Positions 28,273-38,022 of a DNA stretch of 64,000 nucleotides are shown piece after piece (position 1 is the first letter of the stretch; each line of letters opens with the position of its first letter). A program made the translations under genes and the position numbers. A model generated the notes under the pieces. It made no database searches, was not told the origin of the DNA, and was given only the letters and a program-made list of their open reading frames with translations. The DNA is from Burkholderiaceae bacterium (GTDB lineage: Bacteria > Pseudomonadota > Gammaproteobacteria > Burkholderiales > Burkholderiaceae_D), in assembly GCA_039936235.1 (NCBI GenBank), contig JBDTIS010000141.1, positions 1,395 to 65,394 of the forward strand, read 5' to 3'.

Positions 28273-28735
28273 CGCGGTTTCTCCTGAAAAAATGATGTGG
28301 GATAGCGATCCGTCGATCGACTGCGCGGGTGGTGACGAGACGGTGGGGGAGGCCGTGAGTTTCGTCGGCGTGGAACCGGAGGAAGGACGTGATCTTCCCG
28401 AATACTGGAATCGGCGGGTCTCCTGAATCGGCGGAAGGCGGCGACGGCCCGGTCTAGCCAGCCTGCCACCTCGTCGAACGAGTCACCGCAGAATCGACAG
28501 TCGTTCGCAGAAACGGGTCCTGATCGGCAAGGCGGCCGATCCTGACGGAACGACGCGGGCGCCACCGATATAGAAGCCGGGTCGCGCTACGGGACGGCGC
28601 AGCGATGGGTCGTTCTGCTGTCGAGCGTCGCGGCGATGCTGCTGCAGACACTCGGCATGCGGCGCGGTCTGATCGCGCGCAAGGATCTCGCCCGCGCCTG
28701 CCGGGATCGCTATCGCGTCGGCTGAGCGGCGACGA

Positions 28736-29692
28736 TCAGCGGTTGCGAGGCCTGGCCGGAGCGGCCCCGGCCTTCGTGCGCGGCGATGCCTTGCTGCTGT
28801 CGTCGTCCGGTGTCGGCATCTCGCGCTCGGCTCCCTTCAGTTCGCCACGGATCTGTCCGTACGCCAGCAGCGTGAAGACGACTGTGCCGCCGACCACGTT
28901 GCCGACCAGTGTCGGGAGGAAGAAGCGCGTCACCGCGTCGCCGAAGCGCATCGATCCGTCGAGCACCAGGTATGCGGCTTCGACGGTGCCGGCGACGACG
29001 TGGTCGAAGCCGCCGAGCGCGATCAGGTAGGTCATCAGCACGATGATGGCGAGCCCGGAGCCTTCGATGCCGGCCAGGATCCACACCAGCGACGCGATCA
29101 GGAATCCCGACACCATCGCGCGCGGCATCGTCTCCATCGGCACGGAGTCGGCGAGATGTGCGCAGACCTCGTGGATCGCCTTCGCCAGTTCGGGCTCGAT
29201 CGCGCCGCTGTGGCGCAGGAACACCGCGAACAGCGCGGCGCCGACGACGTTGGCGATCAGCACCACGGCCCACAGCCGCAACATCAGCAGCAGGTTGCGC
29301 AGGTGCGACTTCGCCATCACCGGCACGACGGCCGTGATGACGTTCTCGGTGAAGAGCTGCTGGCGGCTCAGGATGACGATCACGAAGCCGACGCTGTAGC
29401 CGAGCATCGAGATGATCGGCGACCAGCCGCCCTGCGGCAGATACCGCTGCAGCATCGCCGGCGTGAGCACCGAGAAGCCGATGCTGAGGCCCGCGACCAT
29501 CCCGGACCACCATAGCGACTGCAGAGGCCGTTCGAGCTCTTCCTGGCCGTTGCGGCGGATGATCTCGAACAGCACCGGCGCCCGGTGCGGCATCTGGTCG
29601 CGGATGTGCGTCTCTTCGTCGGCGGTCAGTTCGACCGCCGATTCCAGGTCGGGGCCGTTCGGATCGGCGTCCTTCTCTTCAGCCGCGCTCAT
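28736..29692 (-). CDS. Formate/nitrite transporter (FNT) family channel, YfdC-like
   Basis: The protein has 6 TM segments and carries SRQQLFTEN, GGFDHVVAG and NVVGG. It also has a hydrophilic N-terminal region and a basic C-terminal tail. Confidence 0.85.
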   Translation of the reverse strand: MSAAEEKDADPNGPDLESAVELTADEETHIRDQMPHRAPVLFEIIRRNGQEELERPLQSLWWSGMVAGLSIGFSVLTPAMLQRYLPQGGWSPIISMLGYSVGFVIVILSRQQLFTENVITAVVPVMAKSHLRNLLLMLRLWAVVLIANVVGAALFAVFLRHSGAIEPELAKAIHEVCAHLADSVPMETMPRAMVSGFLIASLVWILAGIEGSGLAIIVLMTYLIALGGFDHVVAGTVEAAYLVLDGSMRFGDAVTRFFLPTLVGNVVGGTVVFTLLAYGQIRGELKGAEREMPTPDDDSSKASPRTKAGAAPARPRNR

Positions 29693-29737
29693 GAACGATC
29701 TCCCGGCAACCGCTGCGGCGAGGGTGGTCGACGTCCA

Positions 29738-30073
29738 TCAGCCGTCGCTCTGAGCCGAATCGGTCATCTCGGCCAGCGCCTGACTGATGACCCTCGCATC
29801 CGCAGGCCGCGTGACGCGCGCGACTTCGTGGCCGCCGACGAGGAAGATCATGGTCGGCCACAGCTTCACGCCGAACGAGCGTCCGGTGGGCCGCCCCCTG
29901 CCGTCCTCGATGCGGATGAGTGCGACGTTCGGAAAGTCCGCGAGCGCATTCGCGATCAGGGGCTCCGCAGCCTGGCACCAGTCGCACCGGTCGGTGCCGA
30001 ACTGGACCACCACCGCCCCAGGCATCACATCGAGTTCCGCACGGCTCGGACCGGGTGCATAAAGGGCTGCCAT
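29738..30073 (-). CDS. Thioredoxin-fold protein with CDWC motif
   Basis: I use ATG 30073 with GAGGAG upstream. The protein is 111 aa, with VVQFGTDRCDWCQ and LWPTMIF (cis-Pro context). Confidence 0.75.
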   Translation of the reverse strand: MAALYAPGPSRAELDVMPGAVVVQFGTDRCDWCQAAEPLIANALADFPNVALIRIEDGRGRPTGRSFGVKLWPTMIFLVGGHEVARVTRPADARVISQALAEMTDSAQSDG

Positions 30074-30395
30074 CGTCGCTCCTCGTCTGGTCCGCGGCCG
30101 CCATCGGTCGGGACGATGGGGTCGATTATCGCGTGTGTCGCAGCGGCGTCCGAATGGCGTTCTCGTTACAACTGGACTTCCCCGATGGCCGATCTCACGC
30201 CGGACCGTCACCTTCCGGTTCCGCGAACTCGCTTTCGCGAAACGCGTGTCGAGACGCCGGCCCGGCGACCGTCGCTGCTAGGTCGTTCGCGACGCATGCG
30301 AAGGGCTTCTTCCGCGACGCATCCGTCCACACCTCCTGTCCAGGCGGTTCTTCCCCTTCCGTCGGGGCGGGCGTGTCGTGACGATGTAACGCTCG

Positions 30396-32162
30396 CTACA
30401 TGAAGCCCAGACGGCGCGCGATCCACGAGCGCGTGTCGGCCGGATCGATCACTGCGTCGATCTCGAGTGTCGCCGCCATGTTCAGCGCGCTGCCGCGTTC
30501 GTATTGCGATGCGACCAGGCGCCGGTACAGCGCGTCGCGTTCAGGCCCGGCGGCGGCCGCCTCGAGCTCCTTGCGATAACCGAGCCGGACCGCGCCCTCG
30601 AGCCCCATCGCACCGAACTCGCCGGTCGGCCACGACACGATCGCGGAAGCCGCGTGGAAGCCGCCTCCGGTCAGCGCCATCGCGCCCAGCCCATAGGCCT
30701 TGCGCAGCACGACCGCGACCAGCGGCACGCGCAGTTGCGCGTTGGCGATGAACAGCCGGCCCGCGTGCCGGACCTGTCCGCGCGCCTCGGTGTCGGGTCC
30801 GACCATGAAGCCCGGTGTGTCGATCAGCGACACGATCGGCAGTTCGCCGCGGTCGCACAGCGCGATGAACTGCGCGGCCTTGTCGGCGGCGTCGCCGTCG
30901 ATCGCCCCGCCGCCTTCGGACGACTGGCTCACCAGCATGCCGACGGAGCGACCCTCGATGCGCGCGAGGAAGGTCAGGATCGCCGGTCCGAAGCGCGGCC
31001 GCAGTTCGAGCAGCGCCTCGTCGTCGACCAGCGTCTTCACGATGGTCCGCACGTCGTAGGCGCGGACGCGACTGAGCGGCAGCGCGTCGCGCAGCGCAGC
31101 CTGGTCGCCGGACGTCCACGACTTCGACGGCCCCTGCAGGAAGCCGAGGTACTGCTTCGCGACCGCCACGGCCGCCGCCTCGTCGTCGCACAGCACGTCG
31201 ATGACGCCGTTGCCGTCGAGTACGTCGGCCGGACCGATCTGCTCGGGCCTGAACACGCCGAGGCCGCCGCCTTCGATCATCGCGGGGCCGCCCATGCCGA
31301 GGTTGCTGCCGCGGGTCGCGATGATGAGGTCGCTGCAGCCGGCCAGCGCCGCGTTGCCGGCGAAGCAGCGGCCCGCGACGATCGCGACGACCGGCACGCG
31401 ACCCGACAGCCGTGCATAGCTCGCGAACGTCGGCACGTGCAGGCCGGCCACGATCGGCATGTCGACGTCGCCGGGCCGCCCGCCGCCGCCTTCGGCGAAC
31501 AGTACGACCGGCAGCTTCTCGACGTCCGCGATGGCGAGCATGCGATCGGTCTTCTGATGGTTTCGATGGCCCTGCGTGCCGGCCAGCACCGTCGCGTCGT
31601 ACGCCATCACGACGCAACGCGTTCCGCCGATCGTGCCGATGCCGGTGACCATGCCGTCGGCCGGCGTGTTGCGGATCAGGTCGTCGGCGTCGCGTCGCCC
31701 GCTCTGCGCGGCGACGGCGAGTGCGCCGTATTCGACGAAGCTGCCGGGGTCGCACAGGTCGGCGACGTTCTCGCGCGCGCTGCGCAGGCCGAGGGCGTGA
31801 CGCTTGTCGATGGCGCGCGGCCGCGCGGTGTCGAGCGTGAGGGCGTGACGCTCGAAGTGGGCGGCCAGCTCGTGGCGCAAGCCGTCGAATATCGCGTGCA
31901 CGGCATGCGGCGCGGCGCTATCCGGGCCGGTGGATGCGCCCGCCGCCTCGATCCGCATCAGCACATCGTCGTTCTGGACCAGGTCGCCGGCGACGACGAG
32001 CACCTCGACGACGATGCCGTCGCATCGCGCGCGCAACTCGTGCTCCATCTTCATCGCCTCGACGATGGCGACCACCTCGCCGTCGCGGACCCGTCGGCCG
32101 GGGCCGGCCACGATCTCCACCACGGTCGCACTCATCGGAGTGCGGATCTCCTCGCTGCTCAT
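30396..32162 (-). CDS. Biotinyl (BCCP) domain fused to acyl-CoA carboxyltransferase (PccB/12S-like) domain
   Basis: I use ATG 32162; track ORF 30396..34406 is grossly over-extended. The N-terminal ~70 aa contain VAIVEAMKMEHEL. The remainder is carboxyltransferase-like (MVTGIGTIGG, FAEGGGGR, LIDTPGFMVG). Confidence 0.85.
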   Translation of the reverse strand: MSSEEIRTPMSATVVEIVAGPGRRVRDGEVVAIVEAMKMEHELRARCDGIVVEVLVVAGDLVQNDDVLMRIEAAGASTGPDSAAPHAVHAIFDGLRHELAAHFERHALTLDTARPRAIDKRHALGLRSARENVADLCDPGSFVEYGALAVAAQSGRRDADDLIRNTPADGMVTGIGTIGGTRCVVMAYDATVLAGTQGHRNHQKTDRMLAIADVEKLPVVLFAEGGGGRPGDVDMPIVAGLHVPTFASYARLSGRVPVVAIVAGRCFAGNAALAGCSDLIIATRGSNLGMGGPAMIEGGGLGVFRPEQIGPADVLDGNGVIDVLCDDEAAAVAVAKQYLGFLQGPSKSWTSGDQAALRDALPLSRVRAYDVRTIVKTLVDDEALLELRPRFGPAILTFLARIEGRSVGMLVSQSSEGGGAIDGDAADKAAQFIALCDRGELPIVSLIDTPGFMVGPDTEARGQVRHAGRLFIANAQLRVPLVAVVLRKAYGLGAMALTGGGFHAASAIVSWPTGEFGAMGLEGAVRLGYRKELEAAAAGPERDALYRRLVASQYERGSALNMAATLEIDAVIDPADTRSWIARRLGFM

Positions 32163-32233
32163 GCGGGCTCCGTCGCGCTGCACCTGAATCGCGCGGAGTC
32201 TCGCACAGCGGGTCGGACCTTTCGCGGCGCGCG

Positions 32234-33166
32234 TCAGGTCGCGCCGGGTATAGCCGCCTTCGAATCGGTCGCGGCGATCGCTACCTGCAGCGACGGGCCC
32301 ATGCCCTTGCGGTCGACACCCGGATAGAGCGTGACGTGCGGGAACGGGATCTCGATGTTCTTCTCGTCGAACACGGCTTTCAGACGTCGCAGGTACTCGC
32401 GCCGCACCATCCACTGCGCGAGCGGCGCAACCCGGAAGCGTCCGCGCAGGATCACCGCGCTGTCGTCCCAGCGTTCCACACCGACGACCTCGAACGGATC
32501 GAGGATGAGATCCTTGAACGGCGCGTCGTCCCGCAGTTGGGCGGCCACCTCGGCCATCACGGCCAGGCAGTCGTCGGCGTTCTCGCGGTAGGCGACGCCG
32601 ATGTCCATCACCGAGTAGGCGAAGCCGCGGGCCTTGTTGGTGACGGTCGTGATCAGTCCGTTGGGGACGAAATGCACGTGGCCGTCGTAGTCGCGCAGCC
32701 GTACGTGACGCAGCGTCAGGTCCTCGACGAGGCCGCTGATGCCGGCAATGTCGACCACGTCGCCGGTGCGGATCTGGTCCTCCAGCAGCAGGAAGAAGCC
32801 CGCGAAATAGTCCTTTACCAGGCTCTGCGCGCCGAAGCCGACGGCCACGCCGACCACCCCCGCCGCGCCGAGGATCGGAGCGAGCGAGATGCCCACTTCG
32901 GCCAGGACCAGCATGAACGCGATGACGCCGACGACCAGCGCGATCAGATAGCGGGTGACGCGGCCGAGCGTCTCGGCCCGCTTCACCGACTCCACGCCGC
33001 CCATACGTGCCGTGATGCGGATGCGAACCGCGCGGACCAGCCGTTGCAGGACGGCGATCGCGGCCCAGGCGAGGATCAGGATCAGGACGATGCGGATCCC
33101 CGACTTGATGGGGCCTTCCCAGCGCGACCAGTCGATCCGGTCGAGCATTGCCATGAGACGGTTCAT
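32234..33166 (-). CDS. Small-conductance mechanosensitive channel (MscS family)
   Basis: The start is ATG 33166 with GGGAGAA upstream. After the TM helices comes GFGAQSLVKDYFAGFFLLLEDQIRTGD. Confidence 0.88.
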   Translation of the reverse strand: MNRLMAMLDRIDWSRWEGPIKSGIRIVLILILAWAAIAVLQRLVRAVRIRITARMGGVESVKRAETLGRVTRYLIALVVGVIAFMLVLAEVGISLAPILGAAGVVGVAVGFGAQSLVKDYFAGFFLLLEDQIRTGDVVDIAGISGLVEDLTLRHVRLRDYDGHVHFVPNGLITTVTNKARGFAYSVMDIGVAYRENADDCLAVMAEVAAQLRDDAPFKDLILDPFEVVGVERWDDSAVILRGRFRVAPLAQWMVRREYLRRLKAVFDEKNIEIPFPHVTLYPGVDRKGMGPSLQVAIAATDSKAAIPGAT

Positions 33167-33455
33167 CGATATTCTCCCTGTGTGCGTGATCGTTCGTCGC
33201 TGGTCCGTCGGTCCGGCGCGAAGCGGTCCGGCGTCCTGCGGCTGCAAAGGTTCCCCGGCGAACGCGCGCGAGCGGCGCTTTCGGGCCGCGCGCGGTGGCT
33301 GGCAGCATGGAAATTCCCGATGTCCACGACCGGGACGGTAGGCTAGGATGCGTCGCTTCTCGGGCGCGACGGATCGCACGATGCCCGCTGGCCGTACCCC
33401 CGGCGTCCCCGCGTCCCACGTTCGCTGGGGCAGGGCGCTTCACAACGGAGACATC

Positions 33456-34451
33456 ATGTTCAACCAATCTTCCGGTGGCGCTGGACGACGCGCCGCCTCG
33501 TTCGTCCGTTCGTGCATCGGCGTCGCCGCGTGTGCGGCCGCGGTGTCCGCCGCCCCCGCGTTCGCGCAGCAGAAATTCGTCAACGTCCTGACCGGTGGCC
33601 AGAGCGGCGTCTACTACCCGCTCGGCGTCGCGTTGAGCCAGATCTATGCGAAGGCCCTGCCCGACGTGCGGACCAGTGCACAGGCGACCAAGGCTTCGGC
33701 CGAGAACCTCAACCTCGTGCAGGCGGGCAAGGGCGAGGTCGCGTTCTCGCTCGGCGACGCATTGTCGGATGCCTACAAGGGCAACGAGGAAGCCGGCTTC
33801 AAGACGCCGCTCAAGAAGCTGCGCGTCATGGGCGCGATCTACCCGAACTACATCCAGATCGTCGCGACCGCCGAATCGGGCATCAAGACGCTCGCCGACC
33901 TCAAGGGCAAGCGCATCTCGGTCGGTGCGCCGAAGTCCGGCACCGAGCTGAACGCCCGGGCCGTGCTGAAAGCTGCCGGCCTGTCGTACAGCGACTTCTC
34001 GAAGGTCGAGTATCTCGCGTTCGGCGAATCGGTCGAATTGATGAAGAACCGCCAGCTCGACGCGACGCTGCAGTCGGCCGGCCTCGGCGTCGCGTCGATC
34101 CGCGACCTGGCGACGTCGGTGCCGATCGTCGTCGTCGCGGTCCCGGCCGACGTGGTCGCGAAGGTCGGCGATGCAGCCTACCAGGCGGTGATGATCCCCG
34201 CCAACACCTACGGGGGGCAGACCACCGCGGTGCCGACCGTCGCGATCGAGAACTATCTCGTCACCAGCGAGAGCGTGCCCACCGACATGGTCTACGCGCT
34301 GACCAAGGCGACCTTCGAGCATCTCGACGTGCTGGTGGCCGCGCACAACGCGGCCAAGGCCATCTCGAAGGAAAACGCGGCGAAGAATCCGCCCGTGCCG
34401 CTGCACCCGGGCGCGGAGAAGTACTTTCGCGAGATCGGCGTCCTGAAGTAA
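33456..34451 (+). CDS. TAXI-family TRAP transporter solute-binding protein
   Basis: The start is ATG 33456. A signal peptide is followed by LTGGQSGVYYPLG, SAENLNLV and HPGAEKYFRE. Confidence 0.9.
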   Translation: MFNQSSGGAGRRAASFVRSCIGVAACAAAVSAAPAFAQQKFVNVLTGGQSGVYYPLGVALSQIYAKALPDVRTSAQATKASAENLNLVQAGKGEVAFSLGDALSDAYKGNEEAGFKTPLKKLRVMGAIYPNYIQIVATAESGIKTLADLKGKRISVGAPKSGTELNARAVLKAAGLSYSDFSKVEYLAFGESVELMKNRQLDATLQSAGLGVASIRDLATSVPIVVVAVPADVVAKVGDAAYQAVMIPANTYGGQTTAVPTVAIENYLVTSESVPTDMVYALTKATFEHLDVLVAAHNAAKAISKENAAKNPPVPLHPGAEKYFREIGVLK

Positions 34452-34539
34452 GTCGTCGAGGGTGATCGTCGTCCCTTCCCCCTAAACTGCAAGCGCCGCT
34501 TCCTGCCTGCTTCCCGCCCCGTTTTCAGATCGAGTCCGC

Positions 34540-36621
34540 ATGACCGAATCGCACCAGGCCGACCTCCAGGCTCCGCCACCGGGAACCCCCATCGCCTCGG
34601 AATCCGGCAAGGTCGATCCGCAGATCGAGGCGCATGCCGGACCGCCGTTCTCGGGCCTGCTGTTCTACGTAGCGATCGTGTTCTCGGTGTTCCAGATCGT
34701 CACGGCGGCATTCAGCCCGCTGTCGTCGCAGGTCGTCCGCGCGGTGCACGTCGGCTTCCTGATGCTGCTGGTCTTCGCGCTCTATCCGCCGCTGCGTTCG
34801 AAACCGCTGGGATGGGCCGTCGGCCTCGTCGGCTTCGCGATCGGCGTCTATCACTGGGTCTTCGAGGGCGACCTGATCCAGCGCGCCGGTGAACTGACGC
34901 AGACGGACCTCGTCGTCGGCATCACGCTGATCGTGCTGACCTTCGAGGCGGCGCGCCGCGTACTCGGCTTCGCGCTGCCGCTGATCTGCGGGGCGTTCCT
35001 GGCCTACGGGTTCCTCGGGCAGTACGTGCCCGGCGCGCTCGGCCACCGCGGCTTCGACCTGGCCCAGATCGTCGGGCAGCTGAGCTTCGGCACCGAAGGG
35101 ATCTATGGCACGCCGACCTACGTGTCGTCGTCGTACATCTTCCTGTTCATCCTGTTCGGGGCTTTCCTCGAGCAGGCCGGGATGATCAAGCTGTTCACCG
35201 ACGTCGCGCTCGGCCTCTTCGGAAGTTCACGCGGCGGACCCGCCAAGGTCGCGGTGATCTCGTCGGGTTTCATGGGCACGATCAGCGGATCGGGCGTGGC
35301 CAACGTGGTCACGGTGGGCCAGTTCACGATCCCGCTGATGAAGCGCTTCGGCTACAACGCCGCTTTCGCGGGCGGGGTGGAGGCCACGGCGTCGATGGGT
35401 GGCCAGATCATGCCGCCGGTGATGGGCGCAGTCGCGTTCATCATGGCCGAGACCATCAACGTGCCGTACGCGGAAATCTGCAAGGCCGCCACGATCCCGG
35501 CCATCCTGTATTTCTTCACGGCCTTCCTGATGGTCCATCTCGAGGCCGGCCGCGCGAAGCTGCTCGGCATGCCGAAGGACCAGTGTCCGAATCCGTGGGC
35601 GGCGCTCAAGGAGCGCTGGTACCTGCTGATCCCGCTCGGGATGCTGGTCTACCTGCTGTTCGCCGGCTACACGCCGCTGTTCTCGGGGATGGTCGGTCTC
35701 GCGCTCACGGTGATCGTGATCTTCGGCTTCGGCATCATGGCCGGCATCGGGCCGGTCGGCATGCGGGTGCTGTTCTGGATCGCGGTGGGCCTCGCATGTG
35801 CGACCTTCTTCAAGTTCGGGGTCGTCGCCGTCATCGTCGTCGCGCTGCTGCTCGCGCTGCCGCTGTTCGTCATGCGCGGCGGCCGCGAGACGCTGCGCAT
35901 CTCCATCATCGCGCTCGCGGACGGCGCGAAGCACGCGCTGCCGGTCGGAATCGCCTGCGCGCTGGTCGGCATCATCATCGGCACGCTGACGCTCACCGGC
36001 GCGGCGACCACGTTCGCCGGCTTCATCATCCAGCTCGGCCAGCAAAGCATCTTCGCGAGCCTGGTGCTGACGATGCTCGTGTGCCTGGTCCTCGGCATGG
36101 GCATCCCCACGATCCCGAACTACATCATCACGAGTTCGCTCGCGGCGCCGGCGCTGCTCAAGCTCGGGGTGCCGCTGATCGTGTCGCACATGTTCGTCTT
36201 CTACTTCGGGATCATGGCGGACCTGACGCCGCCGGTCGCGCTCGCGGCCTTCGCCGCAGCGCCGATCGCGCGCGAGTCGGGGATGAAGATCGGCTTCCAG
36301 GCCATGCGCATCGCGGTCGCCGGGTTCATCATCCCGTTCATGGCCGTCTACGATCCGGCGCTGATGCTGCAGGGCGGCGGCATCGCTGCGGTGACCTATG
36401 TCGTGTTCAAGACGATCGTCGCGATCTTCCTGTGGGGCGGCGCGGCGATCGGCTTCTGGATCACGCCGCTGAACGTGTTCGAACGGGTGTTCGTGTTCGT
36501 CGCCGCGTGCTTCCTGGTCAGTGCGGGCTCCTGGACCGATGTGATCGGCTTCGTGCTGACCGCGTTGATGGTGGTGTGGCACCTGATGCGGTCGTCGAAG
36601 GCGCGTGCGCTGCCCGCGTAA
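34540..36621 (+). CDS. TRAP transporter fused permease (TAXI type)
   Basis: The protein is 693 aa and highly hydrophobic with many TM segments. It sits directly downstream of the TAXI binding protein. Confidence 0.9.
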   Translation: MTESHQADLQAPPPGTPIASESGKVDPQIEAHAGPPFSGLLFYVAIVFSVFQIVTAAFSPLSSQVVRAVHVGFLMLLVFALYPPLRSKPLGWAVGLVGFAIGVYHWVFEGDLIQRAGELTQTDLVVGITLIVLTFEAARRVLGFALPLICGAFLAYGFLGQYVPGALGHRGFDLAQIVGQLSFGTEGIYGTPTYVSSSYIFLFILFGAFLEQAGMIKLFTDVALGLFGSSRGGPAKVAVISSGFMGTISGSGVANVVTVGQFTIPLMKRFGYNAAFAGGVEATASMGGQIMPPVMGAVAFIMAETINVPYAEICKAATIPAILYFFTAFLMVHLEAGRAKLLGMPKDQCPNPWAALKERWYLLIPLGMLVYLLFAGYTPLFSGMVGLALTVIVIFGFGIMAGIGPVGMRVLFWIAVGLACATFFKFGVVAVIVVALLLALPLFVMRGGRETLRISIIALADGAKHALPVGIACALVGIIIGTLTLTGAATTFAGFIIQLGQQSIFASLVLTMLVCLVLGMGIPTIPNYIITSSLAAPALLKLGVPLIVSHMFVFYFGIMADLTPPVALAAFAAAPIARESGMKIGFQAMRIAVAGFIIPFMAVYDPALMLQGGGIAAVTYVVFKTIVAIFLWGGAAIGFWITPLNVFERVFVFVAACFLVSAGSWTDVIGFVLTALMVVWHLMRSSKARALPA

Positions 36622-36630
36622 AGGCGTGCG

Positions 36631-37056
36631 ATGCCGGCCGCGCTGATCGCGGCCGCGCTGCTGTGCCTGGCGGCGCCCGGCTACGCGGCGCGTCTGCCGG
36701 CCGATCGCTTCACGCTGGTGTGGCAGCATTCGATCGAGAAGATCGACTGGGAGGAGGACTACGTCGTCGCCGGAGATTGGCTCTATCTGTCGGGCGCGCG
36801 CATCCGCGGCACCGGTGCGGGGATGGAGCCGCCCGACGACGCGCAGCGTGTGGGTGCCGTTTATGTCTATCGGCCCGCGCTGCGCTGGTTCCGCGAACTC
36901 GATCTCGCGCGATCGGACTTCGTGCAGGACTATCGCCTGTGCGTCGACGGCCGCTGCGCGCCGATGTCCGACTGGGTGCCGGTAGCGGCCGGCATGACCG
37001 TCGTGAAACCCTGTGCTACACCATCGCCAGCGGCATCTTCCGGTCGGGCGGAGTGA
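36631..37056 (+). CDS. DUF1850-like protein associated with TAXI-TRAP systems
   Basis: The protein is 141 aa and contains FTLVWQHSIEKIDWEEDY. It starts 10 nt after the permease stop. Its 3' end overlaps the convergent AKR gene by 41 nt. Confidence 0.7.
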   Translation: MPAALIAAALLCLAAPGYAARLPADRFTLVWQHSIEKIDWEEDYVVAGDWLYLSGARIRGTGAGMEPPDDAQRVGAVYVYRPALRWFRELDLARSDFVQDYRLCVDGRCAPMSDWVPVAAGMTVVKPCATPSPAASSGRAE

Positions 37057-37897
37057 AGGCCGCGTCGATGGCCTTCAGTTCGACGTCGGTCAGCACGAGA
37101 TCGACGGCGCCGAGGTTGTCTTCCAGGTGGTCGTGGTTCACCGCCTTCGGGATCGCGATCACGTCGCCGTGGCGCATGACCCATGCGAGCGCGACCTGCG
37201 CCGCGCTCGCGCCTCGTGCCGAAGCGATCGACTGCAGCGCCGCGTCCGTCGCGAGCGAGCCGCGCCCGAGCGGGCAATACGCCATCGTCGGCATGTGCAG
37301 CGTCTGCTGATAGGTCAGCAGGCTGAACTCCGCGCCGCGTTCGTCGAGCGCGTAGTAGATCTGGTTCGTCGCGCAACGCAGCTTGCCGGGCTTCGCCGTC
37401 AATGTCGGTTTGTGGATCGCCTCGAGCTCGATCAGGTCGTCGAGGTCGAAGTTGCTCACGCCCCATTCGCGGATCGCGCCGCCGGCCTTCAGCGCCTCGA
37501 ACGCGTCGACGGTCTCGGCGAGCGGCACCGCCCCGCGCCAGTGCAGCAGATAGAGATCGATCGCGTCGAGGCCGAGACGCTTGCGGCTGCGGTCGCACGC
37601 CCCGGGCACGCCGGCGCGGTCCGCGTTGTGCGGATAGACCTTGCTGACGATGAAGACCTCGTCGCGGCGAACCGCGTTGGTGCGCAGCGCATCGGCGAGC
37701 GCGCTGCCGAGCACGGTCTCGGCGCCCCCCTCGCCGTACATCTCGGCGGTGTCGAACAGGCGATAGCCGCATTCGATCGCGAAGCGCACCGCGGCCACCT
37801 CGGCATCGCGGCTCGCCGGCGACTCGCCCATCTGCCACGTGCCGAGTCCCAGCGCGGGGACCCGTTCGCCGGTCGGTAACGCAACGGTCTTGTTCAT
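37016..37897 (-). CDS. Aldo/keto reductase
   Basis: The start is ATG 37897 with GGAGAA upstream. Motifs are LGLGTWQMG, FDTAEMYG, IDLYLLHW and IAIPKA. Confidence 0.9.
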   Translation of the reverse strand: MNKTVALPTGERVPALGLGTWQMGESPASRDAEVAAVRFAIECGYRLFDTAEMYGEGGAETVLGSALADALRTNAVRRDEVFIVSKVYPHNADRAGVPGACDRSRKRLGLDAIDLYLLHWRGAVPLAETVDAFEALKAGGAIREWGVSNFDLDDLIELEAIHKPTLTAKPGKLRCATNQIYYALDERGAEFSLLTYQQTLHMPTMAYCPLGRGSLATDAALQSIASARGASAAQVALAWVMRHGDVIAIPKAVNHDHLEDNLGAVDLVLTDVELKAIDAAFTPPDRKMPLAMV

Positions 37898-38022
37898 CGG
37901 GGACGGTTCTCCATACGGATGCGATGCGAGCGGCGAGCGTGGCACAGCCGTCACGACGCTTCGATAGGACAACGCTGGAACGCGAGGGTATTCTCACCAA
38001 CCCCGCAGATCGGAGCCCGACG

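Noticed and set aside
28273-28735. 463-bp gap between the FNT channel and the VOC gene, with a 10-nt direct repeat (GAATCGGCGG at 28408 and 28425) and a short plus-strand tail ORF ending ...MLLQTLGMRRGLIARKDLARACRDRYRVG
   Set aside because: No ORF here has a credible start or family signature. The repeat is short and GC-rich, and I cannot distinguish a gene remnant from an ordinary long leader. BLASTX would be needed.
30396-34406. 1336-aa ORF extending the BCCP-CT gene across MscS and the TAXI binding-protein gene
   Set aside because: Upstream of ATG 32162 the translation is low-complexity Arg/Gly/Asp-rich. That part overlaps two genes with strong family signatures on this strand (different frame) and on the opposite strand.
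35227-36729. 500-aa minus-strand ORF antisense to the TRAP permease
   Set aside because: It is a charged Arg/Asp/His/Glu-rich shadow of a highly hydrophobic sense gene.
37016-37056. 41-nt convergent overlap of the DUF1850 and aldo/keto reductase 3' ends
   Set aside because: The overlap is real in the sequence. It is probably just a compact convergent gene pair, and the DUF1850 C-terminal tail (ATPSPAASSGRAE) is low-complexity and may be dispensable. There is no evidence of function.
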